Assembly (NCBI GenBank): GCA_002633005.1
Contig: NMRA01000698.1
Coordinates: forward strand, 62,001-126,000
DNA from: Phoronis australis
Taxonomy: Eukaryota; Animalia; Phoronida
Direction of reading: 5' to 3'
Length of the DNA stretch: 64,000 bases
Shown: positions 52,401 to 64,000 of the stretch, one piece after another
Layout: the number at the start of each line of letters is the position of its first letter
Position numbering within the stretch: the stretch's first letter is position 1
The notes under the pieces: generated by a model
Databases searched by the model: none
What the model was told of the DNA's origin: nothing
The model's input: only the letters and a program-made list of their open reading frames with translations
Position numbers and translations under genes: made by a program

Positions 52401-54295
52401 GAACATGATATATCAATTAATATACGAAATACAAGGTAACCACGATACAAGTTAATTAATACACTCGAATCAAAATATACAAGATAAAAGATCAAAGAAT
52501 ACACACGACAAACAATGAAAATGAAAAAGTTAAATAATTCACACGAGTCAAAATACAATATAACAAATAAAGATGTCAATTAAAATACACGGCACAACAT
52601 AGACATGATAACAAGTCAAGCAATATACACAACTCATAATAAGCATGATAACACTGACTATATATTTAATTGAATACTTGACCAATTTGATGTCCAGGCG
52701 GCCGCCGTCTGTTGTCTTCGTAATCTTCAAAAGAAATAAACCAGTTAATATATACGCCACATAGCATACACTATAACACGTCAGTTGATAAACAAGACAC
52801 ACAATAGAGATAAACATGATAACAATTCAATTCATACAACAGACACAATACACATGATAAGAGAGCAATTAAAATACACGGCATAAAGTATTCATGATAA
52901 TTGGTCAATTAATAAACACAACACAAAATAATCATGATTACAACTCAATTGATATGCACGACACACAATAAACATGGTAAAAACTCAATTAACGTGCACG
53001 ATTCACGATGAACACGATCACAAGTCAATTTACACACGAAATACACAGTAATCTCGATAAAAGTCAATTAATATACACGACACAAAATAAACATGACAAA
53101 AGATCAAACAGTAAACACGACAAGCACTAAACATGAAAACAAATCAATGATTACATACGACTCACAATATATTATAACAAATCACAAATTATACACGACA
53201 CACAATAAAAATAATAACAAGCCAATAAGTGTACGTGACATATAATACACATGATAACGAGTCAAGACACACGGCACACAATACACACGATAACAGGTAA
53301 ATTAATAAGCACAACACACTGTAAACATTTTACCAAGTCAATTAATGTAGAGGGCACAAAATAATTATGATAACAGGTCATTTATGATACGTGATACACA
53401 ATAAACCTGAAAACAAGTTAATTAACATACACAAGTCACAGTAAACACGATAACAAGCCAATTAATATACGAAATACACAATAAGCATACAATTAATACA
53501 CACGACTTAAAGATGAAAGATCAATTGATATACACAACAAACAATAAAATTGAAAACAAATCAATTTATAGACACGCCTCACAATACATTATAACAAATC
53601 AAGAATTTTACACGACACAAAATAAACATGATCAAAAGTCAATTAAAAACAACACAAAAACACGATATGAAAACAATGAAAATACACGAATCAAAACAAC
53701 ACGAAACGCAATAAACATGATAAAATGTCAATTAATATACACGGCACAACATAGACATGATAATAAGTCAAAAATATAAACAACACATCATAAACAAAAT
53801 AACACAGACTATATATTTAATTGAATACTTGACCAATTTGATGTCCAGGCGGCCGCCGTCTGTTGTCTTCTTAATCTTCAAAAGAAAATAATTAATTAAT
53901 ATACATGCCATATAGTATACATTATAACACCTCAGTAGCTAAACAAGACACACAATAGACATGAACATAATAACAATTCAATTAATACACACGAACCACA
54001 ATAAATGATAATTAGTCAATTATTAAATACGACACAAAATAAACATAATATTAGCACAATTGATATACACGACAAACAATAAATATGGTAACAAATTAAT
54101 TAACGTGCACGATTCACAATGAACATGATAACAGTACATTTAATATGCGAAGTACACATTAACCACTACACATGATAATTCAATTACATGTAGTGCACAC
54201 AACACACGGAAATATGCATGATCACTCTGACAGTCATAGCAAAGGAATACTTGACCGATTTCTTGTTCCGATGGCGCCTTCTGTCGTCTTCCTAA
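49430..54295 (+). repeat. Degenerate 38-40 bp A/C-rich satellite, copy 2
   Basis: Colinear with 39230-44185, with gains and losses of monomer-sized units. Confidence 0.9.
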
Positions 54296-56689
54296 CAAAC
54301 TGGGTCGGTTCTGAGACCTCGCGATCCCGTGATGAGGAAAGAAACTACATTCGAAAGACTTGATTACTGACTGGGGTTATTGTGCTTTAGTTAGTGCGTT
54401 AGTGTATTAGTTAGGGTTAGATTGTGCAGTGTTATCAGCCAGCAATCAAATCTTCCATAATGGCAAGCGCATGCCGTGCTCCCACGTGTTCTGCTGAGTG
54501 ATGCAGTTCTTCGCTTGGACACCATTTGCACGCCATCCGTGAAACTAAAACAAAGAAAAAAGAACATTTATACAATCTTGTAATAACATGCCCTTTTGAC
54601 AATGAACATAGGAAGCGCATCTCAGGTGAAGTAGCTTACTTCATGATCACAGACGGGTGCAAAAGTGCATCTTGTCGCAAAGAGCGTTCAGTCGATTGTG
54701 TGCCTCGAATACATGTATAAGCAACTGACGTCACGATTCAGCTCTCTGCCCAATGACCACCGACAGCGAATAACAATACCACGTCTCTGTTGGCGGTGAT
54801 GATAGTGACGTTCAAACAAGCTTCTCACGGCATGGTGACGATCCGCGGAAGAAGGTCATTCGTTCAACCATTCACCGTAATGAGTCTTATGTGCTGTGGC
54901 AAGCAGTGGACTACATTGGCATGGTGCTGTGGCAGTCAACTCCATTCGAATTTGTTTCACTAACAACTGACGAACAACGCCCTGTGATATCTGAAAGCAT
55001 CACGTGACCTGGACCTGCTGCGATATGCAATTTCGAGAAAAGAATCACGACAAAATATAGCGACAGCTGTCTGCGTTATCCTTTGCCAGAGAGGGATATC
55101 TGAAAAAATATAGTTTTGCAGTCTCAAAAATTGTCTCCATTTTTTGAAATACTTGTAAGTGTGATTAAATGCACATTTTCAAGTGCGTTTAGACGACTTT
55201 ATGCAGTAGAAATGGAGATCCGGCCTATCAACAGGGCCCTCAAAGTGTAAAGCATGCACTGGAAACCGAGTTGTCAAATGTTCTCTTGAATTGTCTCTCT
55301 TATCCATGTTCGAAGTTTTTCTTTTTTCGACTGTTCCCGACCCCGTGCCACGCCTATATCGGTTGCTACGTTTTAACCCTAACGTCTGCAAATTTTTATT
55401 GGGGGGAGGGGGGCACAACAAGCGCATCTCAGTGAAGCTTTGCGTCCTAAAGCACGATGAATTGTGATTTGTTCCCTGGATTGTCAGAAATAGGATTGAA
55501 ATTGTATTTTGGTGTCTCCTTGGGCGTAGAACTGTTTCAAGTAACCGTACCAATAACGCACCTTCTTAGTGACAAGTTCTAGGAACACGTAGAAAATCAA
55601 TACCAGCGTTCTCTCCCACTTATAGAACGACTTCATTTCATATAATTTTTGTGTTAAAAATATTGCTGATTTTATCCCCAGTTATATATTCAGCCCAAAA
55701 TCATTTTATTCCACAAAATCTCTAGCATTTCAACATCACCGAGACTGCCTACTTATATTGTGACCCAACAGTCGCCATTCTGAAGGCAGAGCAGTTTAGT
55801 GACAAGCAATGAAAAATATTGTCGTCCTCTGTCCCCCACTCCTCTCTGTGCACAAACAAACCGAAATGGCTTTCTTTTGGAGATTGTGGTCCGCCCCCCG
55901 ACATCCTAGATCCTACAGTTTCCCTTACTCTAATAACAATGCATAGGATACAAGAACTTTGTTAACTAAAGTGTTAAATTTATTTTGAAATATCGATCAA
56001 TGCTCACTCACTGAGTTACATAAAATTCAGCAAAAGGTGGCGCTCCTCTGGAGTACTGTTCACACATAGAAAGATAGAACCTTCATTAATAATTTATTCA
56101 CTTAAACCAGAATTAAAAGAAACAGCTCACAAACTTCAGGAAAATTACCAAGGTCACGGTATTTTCTTGTAATCCAATTATACTGTACAGTAACAACCGA
56201 AGTTCACATAAAATCAACACAAAAGCGTGGCAACGTGAGAGGAAAAGCAAAAAAATTCCCCCCAAAAATTTAAGAGACGGCCCAAAAACTGGCACCCAGA
56301 AACCATTTTTGGATCATGTGCCGAGGTGGGTGTGTGTTTCTGAGCTACCCTAAATCTGCCTCATTTCTAACACGATTTTCACAATTAGGAGAAGATAAAT
56401 GAAATTCACGTTCATTTTCATGACATGTATAGTACATGATCCAATTAATGGCAGAAAAATATAGTAATAAATGAAGGTAATCAAATTCTACAGGCTTTAT
56501 ACTTCTGGAAATATCATTCTGTTTTTTCACAGCCTTCAAGATGTTTGGATAAATGGGCACTTTAACTAAATAACTTTAACAACATTATCCTCCCCTGATG
56601 CCTTGTAATACGACTGATGTTTTGCATGTTAAATTGTACCATGAAAAACAAATCAAAGCAATGAACACATTGGATAAGCTACTGATACA

Positions 56690-56962
56690 GGCACATGAAC
56701 AGATAGAAGTCTGACCATGAACAGACACAAGTAGTCAAGCAGAGGGTCTCTATATAATTCCCGTATTCCACAATCCCGCTCTACTTGGCTGTGGGGTAAG
56801 ATTATCTTGATTATACAACGGTGGCACCGTGTGCACGACGGGCTTTGTCGTTGGGAAGGGGTGAAATATGACATCTGGCAACCATGGATATTTATCCAGC
56901 CTATCCCAGTTCCTTGGATCAGCATTGCAGCCCACGGCTTAGCAGTAATACTTCACAGGCGT
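56690..56962 (-). pseudogene. Decayed THAP zinc-finger-like ORF
   Basis: The minus-strand frame reads (ACG)PVKYYC*AVGCNADPRNWDRLDKYPWLPDVIFHPFPTTK...SRAGLWNTGII*RPSA*LLVSVHGQTSICS. It shows the C-x4-C, FHxFP, W and ICS landmarks of THAP, but has in-frame stops and no terminal HF. Confidence 0.45.
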
Positions 56963-58369
56963 GACTTCAATATATCAAATATAAATTATTCAGACATCAG
57001 ATGCTAACATGTGAATCTCCATAGGAGGGAAAGAAAGACTGCTGACCTGCCGGCCGTATCTGGAGATGTGCTGCTATTTTGTACCTCATGGCATGGAAGA
57101 GCGATCAATGTGGAAGGCGAGAACTGCCAGCGATAAAATCAATTCCGAATCATTAAAAACAGACTACGAAAGCAAACTTCATTGAATGAACTTCATAATC
57201 ATTCCAATCGTAACAACCATGATTTTGCCAGCAATATAAATCCAATGCAACATTTTCCCAATCTATGAAATACAAAAATGAACTTTTCAAAATTTGAAGA
57301 CACTATGCATTAGACTTGTCTATCTGACATACAAAATTGTACATGTAAATCAATAACAAGTGGAAACACTTTACGCACATTATACCCAAGTATACAAATC
57401 ATAAATCCATAACAAATAATAGCATTTGAACCACAGACACTGTTTCCTGGAGTAAATTTAAGCAGCTTTCACTTGAGGCTGTGGCTCTGCATCACTTGAC
57501 ACAATTATGCTATAATGATATTTAAAGAGTGAAATGGTGGATGTACCATGAATGTGGATGGAATTTCCATGAATTATAAGAAAAAAATACGAAAATGAAA
57601 AACGTCCATTTCACATTCTTGATTATATTTGAGAAACTGACATTGATGAAAATACCACGAGATAGGCATATATTTCATGCTTCATTCTAAGGTAGTGTAA
57701 TTATGTATTTCTGGACTGTGATAAGGAACCAAGAAATTTAAATTGTGCTTCTAAGATTTGGAAGTTGGGCCCACACAGGGCCCCAGTGTTTGGTAGTGGA
57801 GGGCAAACACTGGTTATGTGAAAAATAACTGCCATTAAAAGCTTCTCAAAAACCTGACAAAATTAGAATGAGAGAAAACTGCATCCATCCCTTATTTTGA
57901 GCAAATTTGACATTTTATCAATAGACCTAACTGGTTGTAAAAAAAGGTATAAACGACTAGGATTGTAATCCTCAACTCTGTTTCACTAATATATTCTTGG
58001 TAGCAACAATGACTTAATACCAACCTGTGTAAGGCATGTTTTGATTAAAGAAGAATGTCAATGGTGACAGGTTAAAAAAACAAACTTAACACTAAGGCAA
58101 GCATCATAAAACAGGCCAATGGTTTCAAAACACCAATTACATATTATCTCACCAAACTTGAACAAAAACAATTATAATTGCACTTTTTCATGGAATGCAT
58201 ATACTCACAACACGACTCAAAAATGATAGTAGGGGGCTGATTATCTTTTGAAATTAATCTGAGATTTCCTGAATGTTTCTCATTTTTGGCAAACGAGGAA
58301 ACTTTCAATGTACTCCGTAACATGTGGGATCAAGAAATTAACACACTAAAGTCAATTTACTTCATTCAT

Positions 58370-61300
58370 TTAAAAGTTACTGGCACAACCGGCGACACCT
58401 GGCAGCACGCCGTCTAACTTGCTGATTATGTGATCAATGAGATACTTTTCATTCTTTGCTTCCTGCAGGTAAAAATGATGCCCGGGTAATCTTTCCAGAT
58501 GGAATGATTGGGAGCTGGTCAGATCACGGAATCCTGAAAAACAGACAGAAAAGCATTGAATCATCAGTAAGTTCTTTTGCACAATGTAGTTTAGCTTTAG
58601 TCAGAATGAGAAAAACACTTTTTGGACATAGGTGTCGAGAAATAACTTGTTAAAAATAAAAAGACCCACTCCATAATGACAGCCACTAGAAATCAATTTG
58701 ACAGCAGCAGTTTTGTGACAATGGTGCAATTTTATTACGTCCCAGTGTACATAAAAACATTGAGCTCACAAACTGTAGAAGCTCTTTCTGATGGCTCCAA
58801 TTCATCAGCAGAAAAGTAATTCTTTTCAAAATAGACGTTGCCTGCTCTTAATTCCAAAGGCCATCTTGGGAGTTAAATTTCGCCAAAGTGCATAGCTGGT
58901 CTGGACACACACCTTCAATGTCTCTGTATCTGTCCTTGTCTCCATCAAATGCACTGATGGGGCAGGTAAGAGGAGGCGTGTCAGGTAAAGTGTACCTGTA
59001 AAATTCAATTAAAAAATGATGTAAAAAAATGAATAAAAAACTGAATTTAAGACCACAAAAAGTTCGGATATCATAATTTACCATGCGATGAGTAACATAC
59101 GAAAACAGATCCTGCAATGTTTTGACTCATTGCAGGTGTATTTTCTTTTTGAAAAAGTGCAAGACTAAAAATATCGTGCCACTGGCTCAATTTTCAAAAA
59201 ATAGAGACCTGAACCAATTATGCTTTTTGGCACAAGCAGTATTTCCCGTGTATATTTTGTGACTGGACATTCTTGTTGAAATCATAATTCTACAACAGAA
59301 TCACAGAGACAATTTGAGAGCATGTTCTTAAGGAACTTATAAAAGACTGTCAAATCAGCAACTACTGTTAATAACTGACCAAATCACAAGCGAGAAATCC
59401 AGAAAGCACAAAACTCTGTTTACCAGCTACTCTGTCCAACCACTATATTGCAAAATGGCCAAGAAGTTTGTCTCTGCATAGTTGAGACCAAATTTGTAAC
59501 AATAGTTATAGAAGCTTAATTATATTGTCTACAAAGTTTTGAAAACTGCTGAAGTCTGGTTTAAGTAGGTAAGCATAACCATTCCAAAACTAGGATTCAG
59601 AATAATTTAAATCCAAACTTGTAATGACCACCTCAGTCAATAAATTCTTTTTCTAATACCACAGCACCATCTTTGGTTCAGTGGTAAATATCAACAATTT
59701 ATGCTACATGCCCATAGGGCACTAAGCTCCACACTGCTGCCACCTGCATTAAGATTAGTTTCAATTGCCACTTGCAATGGTGATGCCAATTAAATTTTCC
59801 TGTACATCATAACGAGACATTAATCTTCTTTTGAAGCAAAGTGTGGCACAATGAATCCTTATTCNATGGGGCAGGTGAGAGGAGGCGTGTCAGGTAAAGT
59901 GTACCTGTAAAATTCAATTAAAAACTGATGTAAACAGATGAACAAAAAATGAATTTAAGACCACAAAAAGTTCGGATATCATAATTTACCATGCGATGAG
60001 TAACATACAAAAACAGATCCTGCAATGTTTTGACTCGTTGGAGTTGTATTTTCTTTTTGAAAAAGTGCAAGACTAAAAATATCGTGCCACCGGCTCAATT
60101 TTCAAAAAATATAGACCAGAACCAATTATGCTTTTTGGCACAAGCAGTATTTCCCGTGTATATTTTGTGACTGGACATTCTTATTGGAATCATAATTCCA
60201 CAACACAACCACAGAGACAACTTAAGAGCGTGTTCTTAAGGAACTTATGAAAGACTGTCAAATCAGCAAATACTGTAAATAACTGACCAAATCACAAGCG
60301 AGAAATCCAGAAAGCACAAAACTTTGTTTTCCAGCTACTCTGTCCAACCACTATATTGCAAAATGGCCAAGAAGTTTGTCTCTGCATAGTTGAGACCAAA
60401 TTTGTAACAATAGTTATAGAAGCTTAATTATATTGTCTACAAAGTTTTGAAAACTGCTGAAGTCTGGTTTAAGTAGGTAAGCATAACCATTCCAAAACTA
60501 GGATTCAGAATAATTTAAATCCAAACTTGTAATGACCACCTCAGTCAATAAATTCTTTTTCTAATACCACAGCACCATCTTTGGTTCAGTGGTAAATATC
60601 AACAATTTATGCTACATGCCCATAGGGCACTAAGCTCCACACTGCTGCCACCTGCATTAAGATTAGTTTCAATTGCCACTTGCAATGGTGATGCCAATTA
60701 AATTTTCCTGTACATCATAACGAGACATTAATCTTCTTTTGAAGCAAAGTGTGGCACAATGAATCCTTATTCGCTTGCCTGAAAAGGCAAAATCAGCATG
60801 TAACCATAGCAATTCATTCAAAAAAATTATATCTATCATACCTTCTACAAAAGAGATGACTTTGGAATGCGGGAATTAATGCATTAGGGTTATCAAGCAC
60901 ACACTGGTGATAAGGCAGCTGCCAACACTAATCAGTCTGCTCACTAGAGATCCTAACATTAAGCCAGCACATCTTAATGTGGATGCAGGTGCATATAATT
61001 ACAAGATAAGAGACAATAGAAAAGAATTGCAAGATTGTCAGACCCGCCTTTGTTCATCTATAACATTCTATATGTATTGCCTAGAAATCTTAGTCGAATT
61101 GTTAGGTTATGTAAGCCCTAGAAAAATGTCCATTCTTGCCAACGTCAGGACACCATATCTCAGAAGTGTCTGGGTGGATTCGCATAAAATTCACTGTGCT
61201 TTGCACACTATTCTCCAAAGTGCTGTTAGGGATTGGTTGATAAATTATTCTACTTTTGCATTAGGGGCAATAAAAATAAGACTTAAACCAAATGAAAATT

Positions 61301-63110
61301 TAGAAAACCGTAACAGCGTCTTTGAGATTCTTTTTAACATTGAGATGATATGAAATTTGTTCATATTAAGTTATTGATCCTGTTGTTTTGCTTCTATTTT
61401 ACCTTTCTTTTACTAAATTTTAAGGAATTTCTACTTTCACAAAATATAAAAATTTGCTGAGTTAAATGTTATACATGTAGCTTGGTAGAAATTTGATTAA
61501 AGGTACAGTATTGTCAACAAGGTCCAACATAAGTAAAAATTCTAACCAAAACCCAATAAACGCTGTCAACTGCTGACTTTCAAGATAGTTGTGCCATACT
61601 GAAATCCACTAACCCGCCAGATGGCAATCAGGTTTTAGGCAGACAAGCATTCAGCGCCACTTTTCCTGCCATTATAGTGCCGCAAATTTTCGCTGCTGTG
61701 AGGCGGGGTGTACAAATGTCTTAGGGATATGGCAAACCTTTTGAAATGGATGAACATGGACATCATGCCTCGAAATATAAGGCTAGTAGCTCACTTCTAA
61801 GCTGCTTTTCATTTTTCACGAATCAGAGAAGACGCTGTAGTATTCCGGTAAATGGTTAGCATACATTGCTATATTTGTGAAAAGGAACAGCTTATAATCA
61901 AACGAAGAGTGTTCATGAGAACAGAATGCTGTATATTGTACTTACAAATACTTGTCGAGGAGCCTCAGGTCTTCCCTGATGACAGGAACAAAAAGTTTTA
62001 GATACTCATCTCCCAACTCAGGTGGGGTACCTCCTGTAACATTAATGGCAGCATGTAGTGTGGGGTGACAAAAAAACCCAGAATCCAAAAACTTTTGAAT
62101 GCGTTCTTCTAATTCCTTTTTTAAAAAATAGAGAAATTCCATGCAAACTGACTCATAACATACACATACTGAAGCCAGGAAGAGTCATGTAATTTTGAAA
62201 AAAAAATTGTAATGAAAAATGGATTATGTAGGATTATTGATTGCAAAAATATTTTTGTCAGGGACACCCTTCAAAATATTACCATTATTTGTTAATTCAA
62301 TACCACTGAAAGGGATGATTCATAATTTCCACACACTGACATACCCTAACACAACTTGCACTAGGGGCACTGAACTTGCCCCACTTTAAGTGAAGCGTCC
62401 ACACACACATATCCGATAACTAGGGTAAGGCGGAAGTTGTCGTTCTGAGCATGACAACTGTTGTGAATGAGGCGTTTAAAAGAAGATCTGTTAGTATGTA
62501 ACCACAGCAGATAATTACTTCTACCTTGCCCCAGGTTTGCGGCAACACAGCGATTACAAGTAGTGCAGATTACCTTAGAACAAGTTACCCACCTCAATAA
62601 GGTGGAGTGAGTTGTCACAAGTGGAGTAAGTTGCACACAGCATCCAAACTAGCGACAACTCGTTGCAGGAGTAACTTGTTCCAGGGTAAGTGCGTGAATG
62701 GATGGCAATATACTGAACAATGATTGATAGCAAAACTGGTTTATAATATACAGAAAAATCCTACCCATCCATGACACAATACTTGACAATGTATCAAATT
62801 TTATAGTGTAATGCTTTTTTCAGAAAAGATAGATAAATGCTCATTATTATCACTCTAATATTTTACACAATAGCTGCCATCAGGCAATGCTGAAAAGCGA
62901 AAAAAATGATTAAAGTTGGAAATTTAGTCCGAAGTTGGCATGATTTCACCAATTCATGAAACAGTTCTAATAAAATTCTCAACGTGTTCTACAAAAATGT
63001 GAAATGATGACAACATTTTCTTATTACTCACCATTTTTCACAATCCACTCCTGAAATTCCTCCTCACTAATTTTTGATCTTTTTTCGATAGAAATCAACC
63101 TTACAGGAGA
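58370..63110 (-). CDS. OLAH: Standalone type II thioesterase (S-acyl fatty acid synthase thioesterase, OLAH/GrsT-like), 3' part only
   Basis: Exons 63110-63032, 62033-61946, 58995-58913 and 58533-58370 are GT-AG and phase-compatible, totalling 414 nt. The peptide reads ...NGGTPPELGDEYLKLFVPVIREDLRLLDKYLYTLPDTPPLTCPISAFDGDKD...LPGHHFYL. GGTP, P.IR.DL, L.CPI..F.G..D and PG.HFYL are TEII hallmarks. The GHSxG exon must lie beyond the window. Confidence 0.88.
59866..60772 (+). repeat. Near-identical direct duplicate of 58957-59864 joined by an N (probable uncollapsed haplotype)
   Basis: An N lies at 59865. The duplicate creates a truncated second copy of a thioesterase exon (59866-59904). Confidence 0.88.
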
Positions 63111-64000
63111 CTGAAACGACAAAACAACACTAAGGATAAGAATATGTTGTACAGGCATTAGAAAGACTAGAACTGACATGATAAAACAAAATTAATTTCA
63201 TCCACATTCTGAACCGCATTACACCTTTCAAAGGAACTCATTCTTCCAAAAGCATATAATTACACCACCCTACAATGTAATTCACTTCCTTGTAAGGTGT
63301 TCATAAGATGACAAGATAGAAAATAAAAAGACTTTCTTCTTTCTAATTCAACCTCGCATGATCATTTCATAGCGTGACTGATTTTACACACAGTTATCTA
63401 AGAGCTTAAGTTGAAATTTAACTTGAAATAATTATGTTTGGCATGTTCTATAATACAATGTGCAAAAACTCAATTTAAGTGTCTATTAATCTATGCTTGA
63501 GTAAATAATGGCATACACAGATAATAGATCAAGTAGTATTATCTCTTTGTTTGCTTTTGATAACCCCTGCATTGAGACTAAACATTCAAGTCTGCGAAAC
63601 TAGAAATCTCGAGTTTTTATTCGAATTTGTAGCTCAAGGGGTCATCAAGTGCGAACTTGGACTAGAATCTCATGCGCGTAAAACGCAATTTACTCGACCA
63701 CATACTAAACTTATCTTGAGTTTGCATAAAACGAGACTAGAAAATGCCAAAAATAATTTCGAGTTCAATTTCAAGTACAAAGATTAGATCCCAACCCCTC
63801 AGCAAAACCCTTTTAAAAGCAAAATCTAAGGAACAATTTTCTAAAGTTACATGGGACAATGAGTAAAGCTTGACATATTCGTTACAAAATGACAAACAAT
63901 GCAACTACACTTCCCACAAATTCAATATTTACATTTTGTGAAAAAATGATACACCGAAAATATAATGAAAGATGTAATGCATAACTAGACAAGACAAAAC

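Larger units (their letters stand above)
46690..57970 (+). repeat. Large composite repeat, tandem copy 2
   Basis: Matches 36475-46690. Segment 56519-57905 is absent from copy 1, and 57905-57969 matches 46627-46692. Confidence 0.9.

Noticed and set aside
41527-53779. Hydrophobic Cys/Val/Tyr/Ile-rich minus-strand ORFs and Asn/Lys/Thr-rich plus-strand ORFs in the satellite (e.g. KTTDGGRLDIKLVKYSI)
   Set aside because: They are by-products of extreme strand bias. They are short, their boundaries differ between copies, and they show no domain signature.
39230-54295. CRISPR-like array (recurring ~40-bp units and ~50-bp core motif)
   Set aside because: The units are degenerate tandem monomers, and the intervening sequences are themselves repetitive and irregular (0.2-2 kb). 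There are no cas genes and the context is eukaryotic.
59866-59904. Mutually exclusive duplicated thioesterase exon
   Set aside because: It is truncated exactly at an N and is part of an allelic overlap, so it is an assembly artefact.
4305-63110. Functional gene cluster of hydrolase, phosphate transporter and thioesterase
   Set aside because: No shared pathway or regulatory evidence is visible; adjacency alone is uninformative in animal genomes.

Overview
Eukaryotic, intron-rich, AT-rich animal genomic DNA, probably from a marine invertebrate and a heterozygous draft assembly. I reconstructed three spliced genes by hand from GT-AG sites and exon phases. (1) A 6-coding-exon alpha/beta hydrolase (+, 4305-10339, ~437 aa) with a Ser-Asp-His triad and a mitochondrial-presequence-like N-terminus. 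(2) An 11-exon SLC34/NaPi-II sodium-phosphate cotransporter (+, 12449-31041, ~647 aa). (3) The last four exons of a standalone type II thioesterase, OLAH/GrsT-like (-, 58370-63110), whose 5' end lies outside the window. Between the last two genes is a ~10-11 kb essentially non-coding unit present as a tandem pair (~36.5-46.7 kb and ~46.7-58.0 kb), with an older partial third copy in SLC34 intron 1 (~17.7-21.4 kb). The unit carries a conserved 69-nt tRNA-like cloverleaf and a strand-biased 38-40 bp degenerate satellite punctuated by a ~50-bp GC-rich core motif; the two tandem copies also carry a captured 96-nt exon. A decayed THAP-domain-like ORF sits in a 1.4-kb segment found only in the second tandem copy. 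There are also tRNA-derived SINEs, several MITE-like elements with 5-bp TSDs, and three N-joined duplications that are most likely assembly artefacts. No prokaryotic systems or CRISPR arrays were seen.
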